64,000 bases of DNA from Entomortierella parvispora E1425 (lineage: Eukaryota > Fungi > Mortierellomycota), in contig BQFW01000001.1 in NCBI GenBank assembly GCA_020891255.1, forward strand, positions 2,418,001 to 2,482,000, written 5' to 3'. The notes under the pieces are model-generated. The model made no database searches. It was given only the letters and a program-made list of their open reading frames with translations, and was not told the origin of the DNA. Below are positions 12,158-25,459 of this stretch, piece by piece; the first letter of the stretch is position 1; every line of letters begins with the position of its first letter. The translations under genes and the position numbers were made by a program.

Positions 12158-13526
12158 TCGCGCCTTGGACTGGGACTTTTGCTCTCTTTCCCGTATAGCG
12201 CCGTGCACGAGGGAGCAGGCAAGTGGGGATTGACAAGTTGTATCAAGGATGGAGACCAAGAAAAAGGATGAACACAGAGGGAAAAGGATGAAATGGAAGT
12301 GAATCCTGCCATCAGAGGTCGCTCTTCCTATTCTTGCCAGGCCTAATTCTGGCTCTCTTTCAAGGAAGAATGAAAAAGAAAGGCGGTATGTTTATTGACT
12401 TGTCCAGCGCTTGGAATCATGGTTGGTGCTGCATCTAAAGTTGGTCGAAAGTCCACTCAGGTGGCTGATATGTCCCAAAGTCATGCTCAATCTGCAGTTC
12501 TGCAGATCGTGTGGACACAATAACCGTGTGGCACGTTCTAGGTTTTTTTTTTTTTCACAGGAGCGCAATTGTATTTCTTTTTCTTTCATTGATTCCCTGA
12601 AGACTTTTCCATCAAATATTGCCTTAGTAGGGGTTCGTCCCCGCTGGAGAAAGTGTCTATAAGTAATGAAAAGGCAAGACAACAAGGACAAGCCAGGAAC
12701 TCTCAGATATCGGCCACGATTGTACTCTCGCGTTTTCCTCTTTGAATCTGTATTCTTTGTTCGCGTAACAACCCCTAGATCAGAAGGGTTGCCTTGTTGG
12801 GTCTAGCCTCCCTATGATGCGGTTCCTCCCTAACGTGGATCGACGCCCAACAATGTTATCAGCTGGTGCCCCGTGGGGTAAGAACATTTACAGTCTTCCC
12901 CGCAACATTGTCCGAGATCATTTTTCAATTGAAGTTGTAGACAGAGTTAGAAAGAGACAGCCAAAAATGGGGAATGCGGGGCAGTCAAAGCGGAAAAAAA
13001 CAACGTTTTGGGTTCCCCCTTGGACGCTGGATGCATTGTGGCCAGTCAAGCAAACTCTTTGATCCCGTAAACCCTTGCACAAACCTTGACCCCACTCTAC
13101 AAAAAGTGGAGATTTGGACTTTTTCGGTTCAGATTGGATGAGAAGCATAGAGTTGTGAGCAGAAACTCATTGAGTCGTCCTTTGGCCGACTAAAAGCTCA
13201 AGGTGGGGTAGAGTTGAAAGGCTGGCCTCATGAAGCTTAGTTTGCCTCCGATGCCCGATGCAAGACATACAGTAGAAAGAATGAAAGAGCAGGCGGATGA
13301 ACGCCGACAACGAGACCCAGTTTTTTTTCTTTTCTATCATTCCTCTCGTTTATTCCTCTTCCTCTTTTTTATTTTGAGCTCCTGTACGGTGTGCAATTAG
13401 AGAAGGGCCGTTGTGTCGGACCCGTGCAAGGCGGCAGCGCTAAAAATTGCGGAGAACAACAAAATGGCCAGCCCCAGGAAAGGAAGGAAGGGAGACGAGA
13501 GACAACGACGGGACGTCCGATCTCCT

Positions 13527-13558
13527 CTCGTTCGCTCGTTCGCTCGTTCGCTCGTTCG
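13527..13558. repeat. Microsatellite (CTCGTTCG)4 upstream of guanine deaminase
   Basis: Directly visible. Confidence 0.85.
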
Positions 13559-13872
13559 TTCGGTTGCGTCCGATCCACTCCCTTCTTCTCTCCTCTTTGT
13601 ATTCAATTGAAAACGAAGGTATTCAAACTATGACTCTCGGTCTGGTCTGCAGACCCTTCTTGATGCCAAGATGCATCTCTGGAATCTCTATAAAAGGGCC
13701 GCCATTCCCTCTCTCGAGATTCCCATTGCTCTTTTCCCCTACTCACTTGCGGCACCTCCACAGAACAACAGGTCCTCTCCTCTCCCTCTCCTCTCCCCAG
13801 CCCTTCCACTCCCCCCTCTCTCATTCCTCCCATTCACTCTCAGCAATCACCCCCAGTCCCAGTTTTCACACA

Positions 13873-15647
13873 ATGCACACATTTGCCGCCTCCATTTCCA
13901 AGGTCTTCTACGGAACCCTGATTCACTCTGTCTCCATCAATGAGATTGAATACATCAAGCAGGGTCTCCTCTTTATCAACAGTCAAGGAAAGATCGTCAA
14001 GGTCGTCAAGAACGTTGCCCAGGAGGATGTTGAGTCTGTCCTTGACGGCGTGGATTCTGGCAAGGTAAAGCAATTAAAAATAACCAGTTGACTAGGAAAG
14101 ACGCCTTGTTGATCTTGCTGAAGACGACAAAAGACAACAGCGCATCGTTCAACGCACTGTTCAGCTACTGCTGCAGCCAACTGCAAAGGAGTGTGGGGTC
14201 GCACCCATGATGATAATATGGATCCAGGAACAACACAACACCAGTGGGACAGGCCTTAACCCTATTTGCCCCGCTGCACTGCACAGATCACCATTGTGAC
14301 CTGTGCTTGTCCTATTGATTGCCCTATCTAACCACGCCCTTGCTCCCTTCCATGCTTGCCCTCCTTCTAGCTCGTCACCTTGAATGACGACCAGTTCATC
14401 ATCCCCGGTTTCGTTGACACTCATATTGTAAGTCCGTCGTCAACCTTCGTTCGTTAAAATGAATATCCTGGCGCTCCTATTTTCTAAACTGTGTCCGAAT
14501 CTATCTTTGACATACAAAACAATAGCATGCTCCTCAGTACACCTTCTGTGGAAACGGACACGACTTGCCTTTGCTCGAGTGGTTGGATACCTACACTTTC
14601 CCTCGTGAGAGCAAGTTTGCCGACCGTGACTATGCCCGCAAGCTCTACACCAAGGCCGTGGCGCGTTCTTTGAGAAACGGTACCACCTCGGCCTGTTGGT
14701 TCGCCACCATCCACCTCGAGGCCTGCAAGGAGCTCGTGGACATTATCCTCCAACAGGGTCAGCGTGCCTATGTTGGTAAGGTCAACATGAACCAGAACTC
14801 ACCCGATTTCTTGGTCGAGACCACCGAGTCCTCTGTTCGTGACACCCGTGCCTTCATCGAGTACGCCCAGGCTGCCAACCCTTCCTCTGAGGATGCCTCC
14901 TCTGCTTTGGTCACGCCCATCGTCACCCCTCGCTTTGCCATCTCTTGCACCTCTGACTTGTTGACTCAGTTGGGTCAGTTGGCGACCGAGTACGATCTCC
15001 CCATTCAATCGCACTTGTGCGAGAACATGAACGAGATTGGCTTCACCATGTCCCTCTTCCCTGACTCTGTCAACTATACCTCGGTCTATGCCGACCACGG
15101 TCTCTTGAACGAGAGAACCATCATGGCTCACTGTGTCCACATGAAGGAAGAGGAGCTGGACCTCATGAAGGAGAAGAACGCCGGTATCTCCCACTGCGCC
15201 AACTCCAACTTCAACCTCAAGTCTGGTATGGCCGATGTCCGCAAGATGTTGAACAAGGACATCAAGGTCGGTCTCGGTACCGACGTCGCCGGTGGTTATT
15301 CCCCCTCCATCTTGGAGGCTCTCCGCGCCTCCAGAACCTGCTCGGTGGCCCGTGACATGGAGTCGTCTTTGGTCGTGGCCGAGCTGTTCTACTTGGCCAC
15401 GGTTGGAGGTGCTCGTGTCATGGAATTGGAGAAGACCATTGGTAACTTTGAGGTTGGCAAGGAGTTTGATGCTATCTTGGTCAACACTGCCGTCGAGAAC
15501 TCACCCGTGGATGTCTTTGATCACGACAGTGTCGAGACAAAGTTCGAGAAGTACTTGTTTGTCGGTGATGACCGCAACAACGAGAAGATCTACGTCCAGG
15601 GTAAGGAGGTTCGCCTCCCTGGAGCCCAGGTCGCTTCTCACAAGTAA
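13873..15647 (+). CDS. GUD1: Guanine deaminase, 3 exons (13873-14064, 14371-14427, 14526-15647), 456 aa
   Basis: The exons join in frame to give IPGFVDTHIHAPQY (metal-binding HxH). Also TPRFAISC, QSHLCEN, MAHCVH, HCANSN and GLGTDVAGG motifs. Confidence 0.95.
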
Positions 15648-16235
15648 GGTACATCTCTTTTTTTTTTCTACCGGTGATTCAAGAAAAGACTGAAATCCCA
15701 CGTAAACGACCGAAACGCCGGCAAACAAAAAGAAGAGGATGAGGAGGAAGAGGAGAAGGAGGAGTAGAAGGAGGAGGAAGGAGAAGGATAGGAGGGTGGG
15801 AAACGCACAAAACACACCGCCCTCCAGGTCTCGTATATATATACTACCATGAAAATATGTGCTGCAGTTTAGATGTTCGATCTTTTCGTCCGAGGGAGGA
15901 AAACCAGCGAAAACCGAGCGGGACTTCTTTGCGAGTTCTCTTTTTCCGTCAGGACAAGGGGACTGGAGAGGGACTGACATATACCAAAGACGAGCGATAC
16001 TCTGAACCAAGAAGAAAGTGTTTTTCTTTGATAACCCAAATGTACCTATTTTGTAACAATAAACATTACGTCCATGCAGAAAAAAAACCCCCTCCATTCC
16101 TTTTGTGCCTCCCACAGCTGTTGAACATTTTGAAAAATGGCGTGTAAGAAGCAGGTCAACTGCAGTTCCCTTTCAATTGAACGTAGAATGCAAAACCGAA
16201 TGTGTTTTTTAATTGTGCTTAGAAAGATGTTGTCC

Positions 16236-17833
16236 TCACAGGATATCGTCGTAGTTCTCAATCATGACCTTGACCACAGTTCCAAGGGTCACGGCACCAA
16301 CTACTTCGGAATCCTTGCTCTTGTTACCTACGCCTCCAAGCGCAATCTCTTGCATCAAATCGCTATGGCGCAACATATTGGGTGTGATCACCACAGCAAG
16401 ATTATAGGGTGTCATCTTGTTGGATTCGTGTCTGTCCGCCACCATCTTCAAAAGCCTAAACACTTCCATCATCAGAACCAGGTTGTTGGGTGTAACCTGG
16501 CTCAAGACCTCGGAACGAATAAAGTCCAACAGATTCTTGGGTTCGCTCTCCTTCCTGTTGGTTTCTTGTAATACTTCGTAGACACTCGTGGGGAAGATGG
16601 GCTCTGGCAGTTCACGGAGAAACAGCTTCAACAGCACAGCAGAGATATGGATATCGTACTCTGCTAGATTAACAGGGTTGCCACGATCATAGGCAGCCCG
16701 CACTTGCTTCAACATGGCAGAACTAGGGCTGCGTCGGAAAAGCCCTTCGACATAGAGACCATTAGAGACGAGGTTGGAGATGCAATCCTGAACGAACTGT
16801 GGTAAACCCTTTTCGCCGTTGGGTCCCATGAGCCGATCCAGAGGAGCGCCAAAGACTCTGTGAGCGTGATCCTGTTGGTCGTCTGGTAAAGTAATGGTAT
16901 CCTCAAACTGAAGATTGTACCTATTTGAACACACCACAGAATGTTTCATGTTAGACTGGCTAATGAGCGATCTCCTTGCTCTCTGAAAGGGTCCTGAAAT
17001 GAAGCTGGATCGACGTACTGGTAGACGGCGCCTGGAATATTGATCTGGTTTAATGGGACGACCTTGGCCAACTGAGAAAGAGTGCTGATGTAATGGACCT
17101 TTTGTCCAAACTTGGGGCTAGAATAGGAATAGAAGGGTCGTAACAAAAGGTAAGAACCACGCCGGTCGTCTGTGAATATGCATCTCAAAAGCGTCACTGC
17201 CAAAGAGGCCACCTTACCTCACAACGGCGTTCATGGTACTAAGGAGGAGGCGAGGCCACGTCGAGGGATGAACAATGTAGAGGGCTTTCAGGTTCTTTTT
17301 GTATCTAACATGAAAACAGCAGCATGTATGATGAGTTTGATGTAGCAAGCTGTATCATGGACGAGAGACGGCGCGCATTTCGTCATCAATGTTGTAAAGC
17401 ACATACCTCCTGTTCAAACTACGGTATGCTTTGAAGAGCCATCCCCATCCTGGTCGATGCACGGCACCTCCTGAGAACATCACGATCGTGTAATCGTTCT
17501 CGACAAACTGCTCCAATTGGGCCAGGACGACTCTGTGAGTATGAAGAAATAGAAAAGGTGATTAATTTTTCCGCGCGACACATCCGCAGGGGAAATTGAT
17601 TTGCAGGTTGCTGTAGAGTGTGTCCTGACCTGAGAATGGTATCGTAGTCGACCAGCTTGGGATCTGGCAGGTTGCAGGCACAAAGCACGACCATCGGTCT
17701 GCTTTCATAGTCAACACCTAAAGAAGGATGAAGGCGGCAAGGGTCAGTTGGGACGCGTCCAGCGGGAAAGAAACAAGTCGGGATGGAGTTGAGACATGCC
17801 TGCTCTGTAGATGATGTTGTCGCTTGAGGCCAT
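16236..17833 (-). CDS. BCH/CRAL-TRIO plus RhoGAP protein (p50RhoGAP/ARHGAP1-like); 3' end uncertain
   Basis: N-terminal IIYRAGVDYESRPMVVLCACNLP (BCH-like). RhoGAP core VFGAPL, EGLFRRS (arginine finger), LLKLFLRELPEP and NKMTPYNLAVVITPN. The first intron has a GC donor. Confidence 0.85.
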
Positions 17834-18347
17834 GAAGAATGCGCGTTTAGGACAGGGTAATGAGTGAATGAAAAAGTGAGAGAGGGAGAGAGGAGGGAGA
17901 GTTGCTTGCAGAGATAAGAGAGGAAGAAGGGAAGAAGATAAAGACAAAAGACACACACACAGGGGCAGCAGAGACAAAACGACAGGTGCGCCCAACCGTC
18001 CGTCCGTCCGTCTGAGTCCTGTGGCTCAGCTGAGGGACAGCAGGAGCACATCTCTGCATGGGCGCGTGGTCTTTGCGTGTTCTCCCTTTCTCTGTCTACT
18101 CTCTTCTCCCTCAAGACCCACACAGGATCACCTCTGCTACTAGCACCGCCATCGTCGGACCACCTCAACCCAGGATTGACTCTCATCAGGACCCTGGATT
18201 CACGCGATATGGTACAGTTCAGTTGTCACTCAGCATGGCGTGGCACAAACAGCATTCAATTAATCAATGAGCGCCACTAACTTTGAATCTGCAATCGCAT
18301 AGGCCAAAGCAAAGAAATCAGGAACGGAGGGGCGTTGGAAAACACAG

Positions 18348-19854
18348 TTGCCGTTTAAAAGCAGCACAGACACATCATCCAAGACGGCACCTGGAGACGC
18401 TGTACCAGCAACCTCATCAAAACACCGGGTTGAAAAGACCTCCAAAGTCAAAAGCAAAAGCAAAGCACAGCCGAGACCAAGGTCCAAAAAACGTGCAGCA
18501 AAAGTGGCTTCAACCACAACGGCAGCAAAAACGCGGTCAGCAACATCAAAACCAGCGGCGGTAGCATCCAGTTCAGCAGCCTCATCATCAAACACAAAAG
18601 TAGCACGAGTTCTGTCGGACGAGGAGGAGATCAGCGACTCTGCTCAAGAAGATGAAGACGACGAGGAAGAGGAAGAAGAAGACCATGACCATCAGCTTGG
18701 ATTGCGACCTACACTTCGTGTGGTATCCAAAGCAACAGTAAGACGGACGTGGAAGCCCGTCAGTGTAAAGACTAGAACACATATCCAGACATTGATGTCC
18801 AGTTTATTTCCGTAAGTCAAGCTTTGTTTGATCATGAAATACCCGCAGAATGAAGGTGGGTGAGCATCCAATTGATATGATACCACTTTTCTTTTTTGAA
18901 CATAGAGCCGCGATTTCAAGAGCAAGAGGAGACCGGAGGAAGATTGCGGTTCAAATGAAGTTGAACCAACTAATGCAAAAGTATGGACTGCAGCTCCTTT
19001 GCTTCATCTTGGATATGACGATTTCACACTGACAACCCTCGCTTTATTGTAGGATGAACGACTGTTTAAGTGAACTTGACGTGCCGCCGCCAGGAAGGGA
19101 TCGAGGACTAAACTATGGACAGCTGACGGCTCGGAACGTGAGTACCAGCGTTATAGACTTTTATTTGTTTTCACAGAGACTCAACCATCTGACGCTTGAA
19201 GCTGACCATCTCATCTAGCGTGAGCTAGAGGCGACGCTCGTGCCAGACCTTGAACATATTCGAGATTTAGAACTTCGTCTGGAGCAGGAACAAAGACTGG
19301 CAGAACAAGATGAGGCTGAACTAACAGACTTTCAGGACAAGAAACGAGCATTGGATCAACGGACGACGCAGTTGCATCGTTCAAAGCTTCATCCTTTACT
19401 GCGAGATCGGAACTTGCAAGCAACTACATCAGCTCTGTGTCGGGAGGACAATGACTATAGTCATTTGTCAGTGGCTGACCAGCGTCTTCTGTCCTTGATG
19501 GACACCTCACAAGGTGGTGACTTTGGAAGTTCAGAGATGCGTGAACCCCTTTACAACGTAAGTCGGGTCCGGTCACCTATACCACAATTGCGCCATTATC
19601 TCCAGGGTACTAACACAGTAGCTTTCTACAATCAATATGCATAGCCCGATCAGGATTTGATGATCAACAAAGCATCCAAACGTCTAGGATCTCGACTTTC
19701 TGCTATTGAGCGCAATGGTGAAAAGCTGGACCCATTGATGAATCTGGTGGCAGCAACCAAGGATAAAGTTCAAGAGCTATCTGTTTCAACCTTTGGATCA
19801 AACCCACAAAACAATCCGTTTGGGACCAACATCATGTCTCCACTGCGTCGATAG
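18348..19854 (+). CDS. Probable inner-kinetochore CENP-Q/Okp1-family protein, multi-exon
   Basis: Basic/acidic disordered N-terminus, then TWKPVS...HIQTLM, LSELDVPP, a coiled coil RELEATL...LELRLEQEQRLAEQDEAEL and LHPLL. Pattern recognised from memory of the CENP-Q family. Confidence 0.55.
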
Positions 19855-20076
19855 TTCATGTGACAACAACTGTACCAATAAATCTTTATACCCTCGCCCT
19901 GCAGCCCAGACGACGTGTCCACGTCCCGAAAATTCGCCTTTTTGGTCCGCCGTATTCTTTTATCTTTGATCATTTCCACCCATTCAATCTCTTCCTGCAT
20001 CTCCCCCATTGAAGTACTCCATTCGTTGTATTCTTGCGTACAGGATTCAGCCTCGACATTCGCGTAGTCTACATCC

Positions 20077-21731
20077 ATGCTGCTGGGGCAACGATTCGTA
20101 ACGCCATTAGCAGTGCTCTGCATTACTTTTGGTGGCCTCTTCCTCACGTCAACTCGGCTATGGGCTCCGTCTCTGGCTGACGAGATCCCACTCCATATCC
20201 TGGATCAAGCAAACGGCGAAGATAACATATCCGATAAATACAACTACTGCCAGGCCAACAGACCCAACCTCAAATCATACCCTTCGCCCAAAGTACGCAA
20301 CCCTTTGCTATGAATATTCTTATACGCAGAGCTCAGTCTTAACAACTACCTTTTTGATTTTTCTCGGTAATCTAGGTCCATGGGTCTACTTTGGTGCACT
20401 CTCAGCTTTTCATCCGCCACGGCGATCGGTGAGTTTTGTTTTTGTCTAGATGGAATCCTCTCTTTTCCCTGTGGCATTCGCTGACCATCCCTGTTTCCCC
20501 TCCTCCCTTTTCTACCAGTACGCCGATCACCGTCCTGCCATTGGATATTGACCAAACGTGGGAGTGCTCTAATATGAGCGCCTACTTCTTTTCGGGTACA
20601 GGGACCCCGGATTCCGACAAGTCACCTTTTCAATATGCCAGAGCATTAGCACGACAAGAGATTTCAATCCCCCCAGGATCTCCATTTGCAGACAAGATGT
20701 GGAAGGGTAGCTGTATCCCTGGACAATTGACCCCTGCTGGAGCGCGTCAACATCGACTCTTGGGCGCGGCCTTGAGGAGGCTCTATGTAGAGGAATTGCG
20801 ACTTTTGCCGTTGATCTATATGCCAGAGCTGATTCATATCCGAAGCACAGGTACTTGCTTGACCAAGGAAAGGAAGACGAAAAAAGAAGAGTTTTTTTAC
20901 TAATAATTGTATTGATACTTTCCTCCTACTTTTATAGATGTTTGGAGGACGAAGCAAAGTGCAGAGAACTTTATGGCAGGACTCTATGGCATGGACACTC
21001 ATAAGGGGGATCCACCTCCCGTCTTGCGGATCAATACGCTGCCGGTCGATATCGACTATCTGACCATGAACGCCGGCGCCTGCCCTCGATTAGGCCAACT
21101 GCGATCGGCGCTGGAGAAGAATTCCGAGGTGTTAAAGAATCTGGAGAGGGACAATGTGGAGTTTAACAAGGAGTTGGTCGACATCTTGGGATTGCAGCGA
21201 CCTTGGTCTGGGTACATGGATACAATCATGCCCCGTGTCTGTCATGGTATGCCCTTACAGTGTTCAAGCGGCAAAGGATGCATCACCCAAGAGATTATTG
21301 ATCGAGTCCTGGAGAATGTGCAGACGTTGACCGCAGAGATGTACAGAGATGCGGAGGGGGTCCAGGAGGTCCTGAAATTGGGTATTGGTCCTCTGGTGAG
21401 TGACATCAAGGCGAATCTGTTGGCAGTCAAGGCAGGCGCGACCAAAGTGAGGTTCCATTTCTACTCGGGACATGATACCACCATCACGCCCTTGCTGGGT
21501 ATGCTGGACTCGGCAGACATGCGATGGCCGCCCTATGCTGCCAATCTGCTGATGGAGCTTTGGTCAAGTCCCAAAAAGGGCGAGTACTTTGTCCGTGTCC
21601 TCTATAACCATGCCGTTTTGGAGACACGGTCGAATTGGTGTGATTTGGCTTGGTGCCCCTTGGAGACCTTTGTTGCCTACCTGGATCGGTTCATTGTTGA
21701 GGACTTGACGGTGCAATGTCAAAGACAGTGA
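20077..21731 (+). CDS. Histidine acid phosphatase (branch 2; ACP6/prostatic-like) with N-terminal signal or anchor
   Basis: RHGDR motif assembled across the intron at about 20429. C-terminal FYSGHDTTI motif. Hydrophobic N-terminus. Confidence 0.9.
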
Positions 21732-21879
21732 AATACCCCCATATCCCGTTAAAATATCAAACAAAGGATAAAACTGGATTGTCTTTCTTTACATTTCCTA
21801 TCATTTTTATGGATGTTTGTACAGCGAGGAAGAGAGGAGAAGGAGCAGGGATGTTGATATATGTAACTATGTTGGTATT

Positions 21880-23812
21880 TTACAGAGCACCCTTGTAACC
21901 GCACTCGACCAAGGAGGCCTTGAGGGCGTTCAAGGTAGCATCCAAGTGGCCACGCTCGGGCTCGGTGACAGAGATACCCATGTGTCCAATACGGAAGTAC
22001 TTGGGGGCGATCTCGACGTGGAGACCACCAGCAGCAACGATACCGTGAGCAGCCAACTTGGGCAACAAGTCAGTGGCAGTAACACCCTCGGGGTAGTAGA
22101 CTGCGGACATGCCGTTAGCAGCATGGTCGAGAGAGGTGGGGACCAAGGTCAATCCAAGATCGTGGATGAACTTCTTGGCCTTGGCAGAGGCCTCCTTGTG
22201 AACAGCGAAACGCTTCTCAATACCCTGAGCAACAATCTGCTTGAGAGAGACATGGAGAGCAAAGATGTTCTGGACAGCGGGGGTGGCAAAGTAAGAGGGC
22301 TTGCGAGCCTCATAGGCGTTCATGATGGGCAACCAGCGGGTCCAGTTGGCGTAGTAGTTGGCAACGGGAGTCTTTCTGTTCTTGAAGACCTGGATGGCGC
22401 GCTCAGAGACACCCATGACGCAAAGACCAGGGGGAGCACCCAAAGCCTTCTGGGAAGCAGTGACGACAACATCAATGCCCCAAGCATCCATGCGGATCTC
22501 CTCGGAGCCGACCGAGCAGACACCATCGACAACAACAAGGGTCTCGGGGGACTCTCTGCGGACGACATCGGCGATTCCCTTGATGTCGGAAAGAACTCCG
22601 GTGGAGGTGTCGACGTGGGTGATAGTGATGGCCTTGAACTTCTTGGTCTTCAAGGCAGCAGAAACGGCGGCCAAGTCGGGGGACTCGCCGATGGGGACGC
22701 GAAGGTGAGTAGCCTTGGCACCGTAGGTCTCCAAGCTGTATTGGTAGAAGAGGAAGAAATAGGAGTGAGTAAGAGATTCGTCCGTGGGAGAGGGTACTGT
22801 GCGGGCAATTCTTTTGAGAAAAGGTAAAATCTTGGGTGCTGTGCTGTCCGATAGTCGCCTTCCGTGTCGTCTGCGATGCGGAGTTCGCCTGCCCCTGCCT
22901 TGGGCATTCTCTGCTATCTTTTAGCAGGGCTATGATGCCATTATCATGACCATCGTCATCGTGAATGATCCAGATCCCCGAACAGCTTTCTCCACAAATT
23001 GTAGCTTGGGATCCAGATTTTTTTCTTTTCGCTCCGCTCCGAAAACTACCCGCGTCGATCTGTCTGAGATTCGCATCTTTGTTCTCAGTTGGGCTTTTCT
23101 TGAACATCATTTGCTTCTCCATACGTCGCTTTTTTGCTCCTGTCGTCCTGTCTTCCTTGTTCTGATGAGGTGTACTGATATCCATCATAATGCTTACCAC
23201 TCGCCGAAGCGGTCACCAAAGTATCCAGAGTTGCAGACAAGGACATCCTCGCCAGCCTCAATCAAGTTGCAGGCAGTCATGTCCCAGCCGAGGGTACCAG
23301 ATCCAGCAATGATGAAGGGCTGGCCGGAGGTGAACAAGATCTGACGCAACAACTCGATGGACTCGCCGAGAACGGGAATGAAGGTGGGGCCAACGTGGGA
23401 AGTTCCGGGGGTGGCCATGGCCTGGAGAACATCCTCGTGGAACTCGATGGGACCTATATTTGTAAAGAAAATGGGGTGGGTGAGGTTAGCGTGGGATTCT
23501 TCAACGATATCAAGCTGATAGCAAAGAAAGCAGTTAGACGACATTCATGCAAGCATGCAAGGAGAGAATGAATGGATGGATGAATGCAGACTGACGAGAG
23601 AGAGAGAGAGAGAGAGAGGAAGCACAGGGGACAGCCATGACATTACCAGGGATCATGCAAAGCTTGTGGGAGGACATTGTGGAGTAAGAGGAGCGGATGA
23701 GGAAAGGGATAGAGCGAGAGGAGAAAGAAGTGAAAGAAAGGGCCGAGGACGCGGACAAAGAAATAGGGCGAGGAAGGACTCGGCGGGTGACGAGGGAGAG
23801 GGGGCGGATCAT
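21880..23812 (-). CDS. AGX1: Alanine-glyoxylate aminotransferase (class V PLP), 3 exons (23647-23812, 23198-23453, 21880-22735); alternative start at 23677
   Basis: LCMIPGP, AGSGTLGWD, HVDTSTGV, VVDGVCS, ASQKAL (PLP lysine) and FRIGHMG. The exons total 1278 nt and stay in frame. Confidence 0.93.
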
Positions 23813-24468
23813 GGTTCCTTGTCTTTCTTTCTTTCTTTCTTTCTTTCTTTGCGTTTTGTTCTTTCTTTCTGTCGTGTTCTTTTGTCTGTCGACTTGCGCG
23901 AAGGAAGGGGGAGAAGAGAGGATGGATCGACCTGCCTCTCTTCTTGATCTTGTTCTTCTTCTTCCCTTGCCCCTTCCTCCTGCTCCTGTCCTCCTCCATC
24001 AAAGACCGCGCTGTCCACCAGCCATCCTCGGTCGATCCACACCCGTTTCTTTCTCGTCATCTTTCAAAAAACTCTAAAAAAACCTAGAAATGAGTGACCA
24101 GGGGATGGGTCCCTGACTCGCTCCTTCCTAACTTGCCCGAACTTTTTTTTTTTTTTTTTCTTCTTCTCTTGCCTGCTTCCCTCCTTGCGAACCACAGCGG
24201 AAACACAGCCATCGTGCGTGGCCCTTCCTTTCTCTGTCCGTGCTTTCCCTTTGGGTCTGTCCACTGCTACCCTTTTTTCCCCCGACCTTTCTCCCCTTCC
24301 TCCACACAACTTTCCCGCCCAACTGGCGCAGTGCAAAGAAGATCCCGTTGCGCAGTGAAAGGGTGCGGGGGAACCACGTGGATCTGAAGATCCGGGACGC
24401 GTTTTTTTTTTTTTTTTATTTCTTTCTGTCATGCATGTTGGTCCTCCGAAAAAACATCCTTCAGCTGC

Positions 24469-24896
24469 TTAGCGAAGGCGTCTTCTGGATCTAAGACCAC
24501 GCAGCGCTGTCACTGGGAACGACAGTCCAAGGTCAAGTTTTGTCCGTACATGAATGCCTTCCTCGCCCCCCTCCACTTCGTCCTCGTTCTCGCCGTCTTC
24601 CTCCTTCTCTCCTGTCTGTGGGCCTTCCAAGGTGGTTTTCGTTTTCTTCGAGTCTACGCTCTCGAGTGTGCTCTTGTGGCAAGCGCTGGGAACCAAGTTG
24701 GCACATGCAATCCGAGTACCATTGCTGTGGACCACAACCGAACGTCCCACAATCGTCGTGTCCTCTCCTGAAAACTGCAACTGATGGTCCACGTATGTCA
24801 ACACGTCCACATATACCACCACATCCCCTTCAGGCAAGTCTTCGGGCATCAAGTTGCCATGTTTTCCTTTTTGATCCCATAGAAAAGCAACAATAG

Positions 24897-24927
<31 letters not shown>

Positions 24928-25459
24928 TCCACAAGGTCAGCCATACGAACTTTTTTCGCCAAAAAAAGAAGAGACTTCATGCCACTTTACCAGAGAGATC
25001 CCCTTCCTGGCACTTTTCTGGAGTGTCGGGATCACATGTGGTGGCCATGCCCACATTGGTTGGGTCCAAATGTCCTCCAGTGGCTCCACAGTCATTGTTG
25101 GGTCCCACGGGGTTGACATGGATATGGTATTCAAATCCGGCCTCGGGTGCAGGCGAAGGAAGCTTTCTGGTAACGACCGTGACTGTGGCGCCTACAGGAC
25201 TGTCGGCCAAGGGTGCAAACGTGAACGTCGCCTGGACACCACCTGTCAAAACAGCCGATATGGATGAGATCAATTGAATTAGTAAAGAAAATACATGCGA
25301 GAGAGAGAGAGAGAGAGAGAGAGAAGCTCTGTTCTTTGTACCCATATCAATGACAGCTTCCTGGACTGCTGCTGGGGGTGCTGTGTCCGCTTGAACAAAT
25401 GCAGCTGCCGCCAAGGCAACTACGCAGGAGACAACTGCAACACGGAAATTGAAGACCAT
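24469..25459 (-). CDS. Secreted Cu-only superoxide dismutase (SOD5-like); final exon uncertain
   Basis: Signal peptide MVFNFRVAVVSCVVALAAAAFVQA. Motifs EYHIH, GGHLDP, CQEGDLSGKHG (assembled across intron 24867-24990) and GRSVVVHSNGTRIACANL, which lacks the electrostatic loop. Confidence 0.85.
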
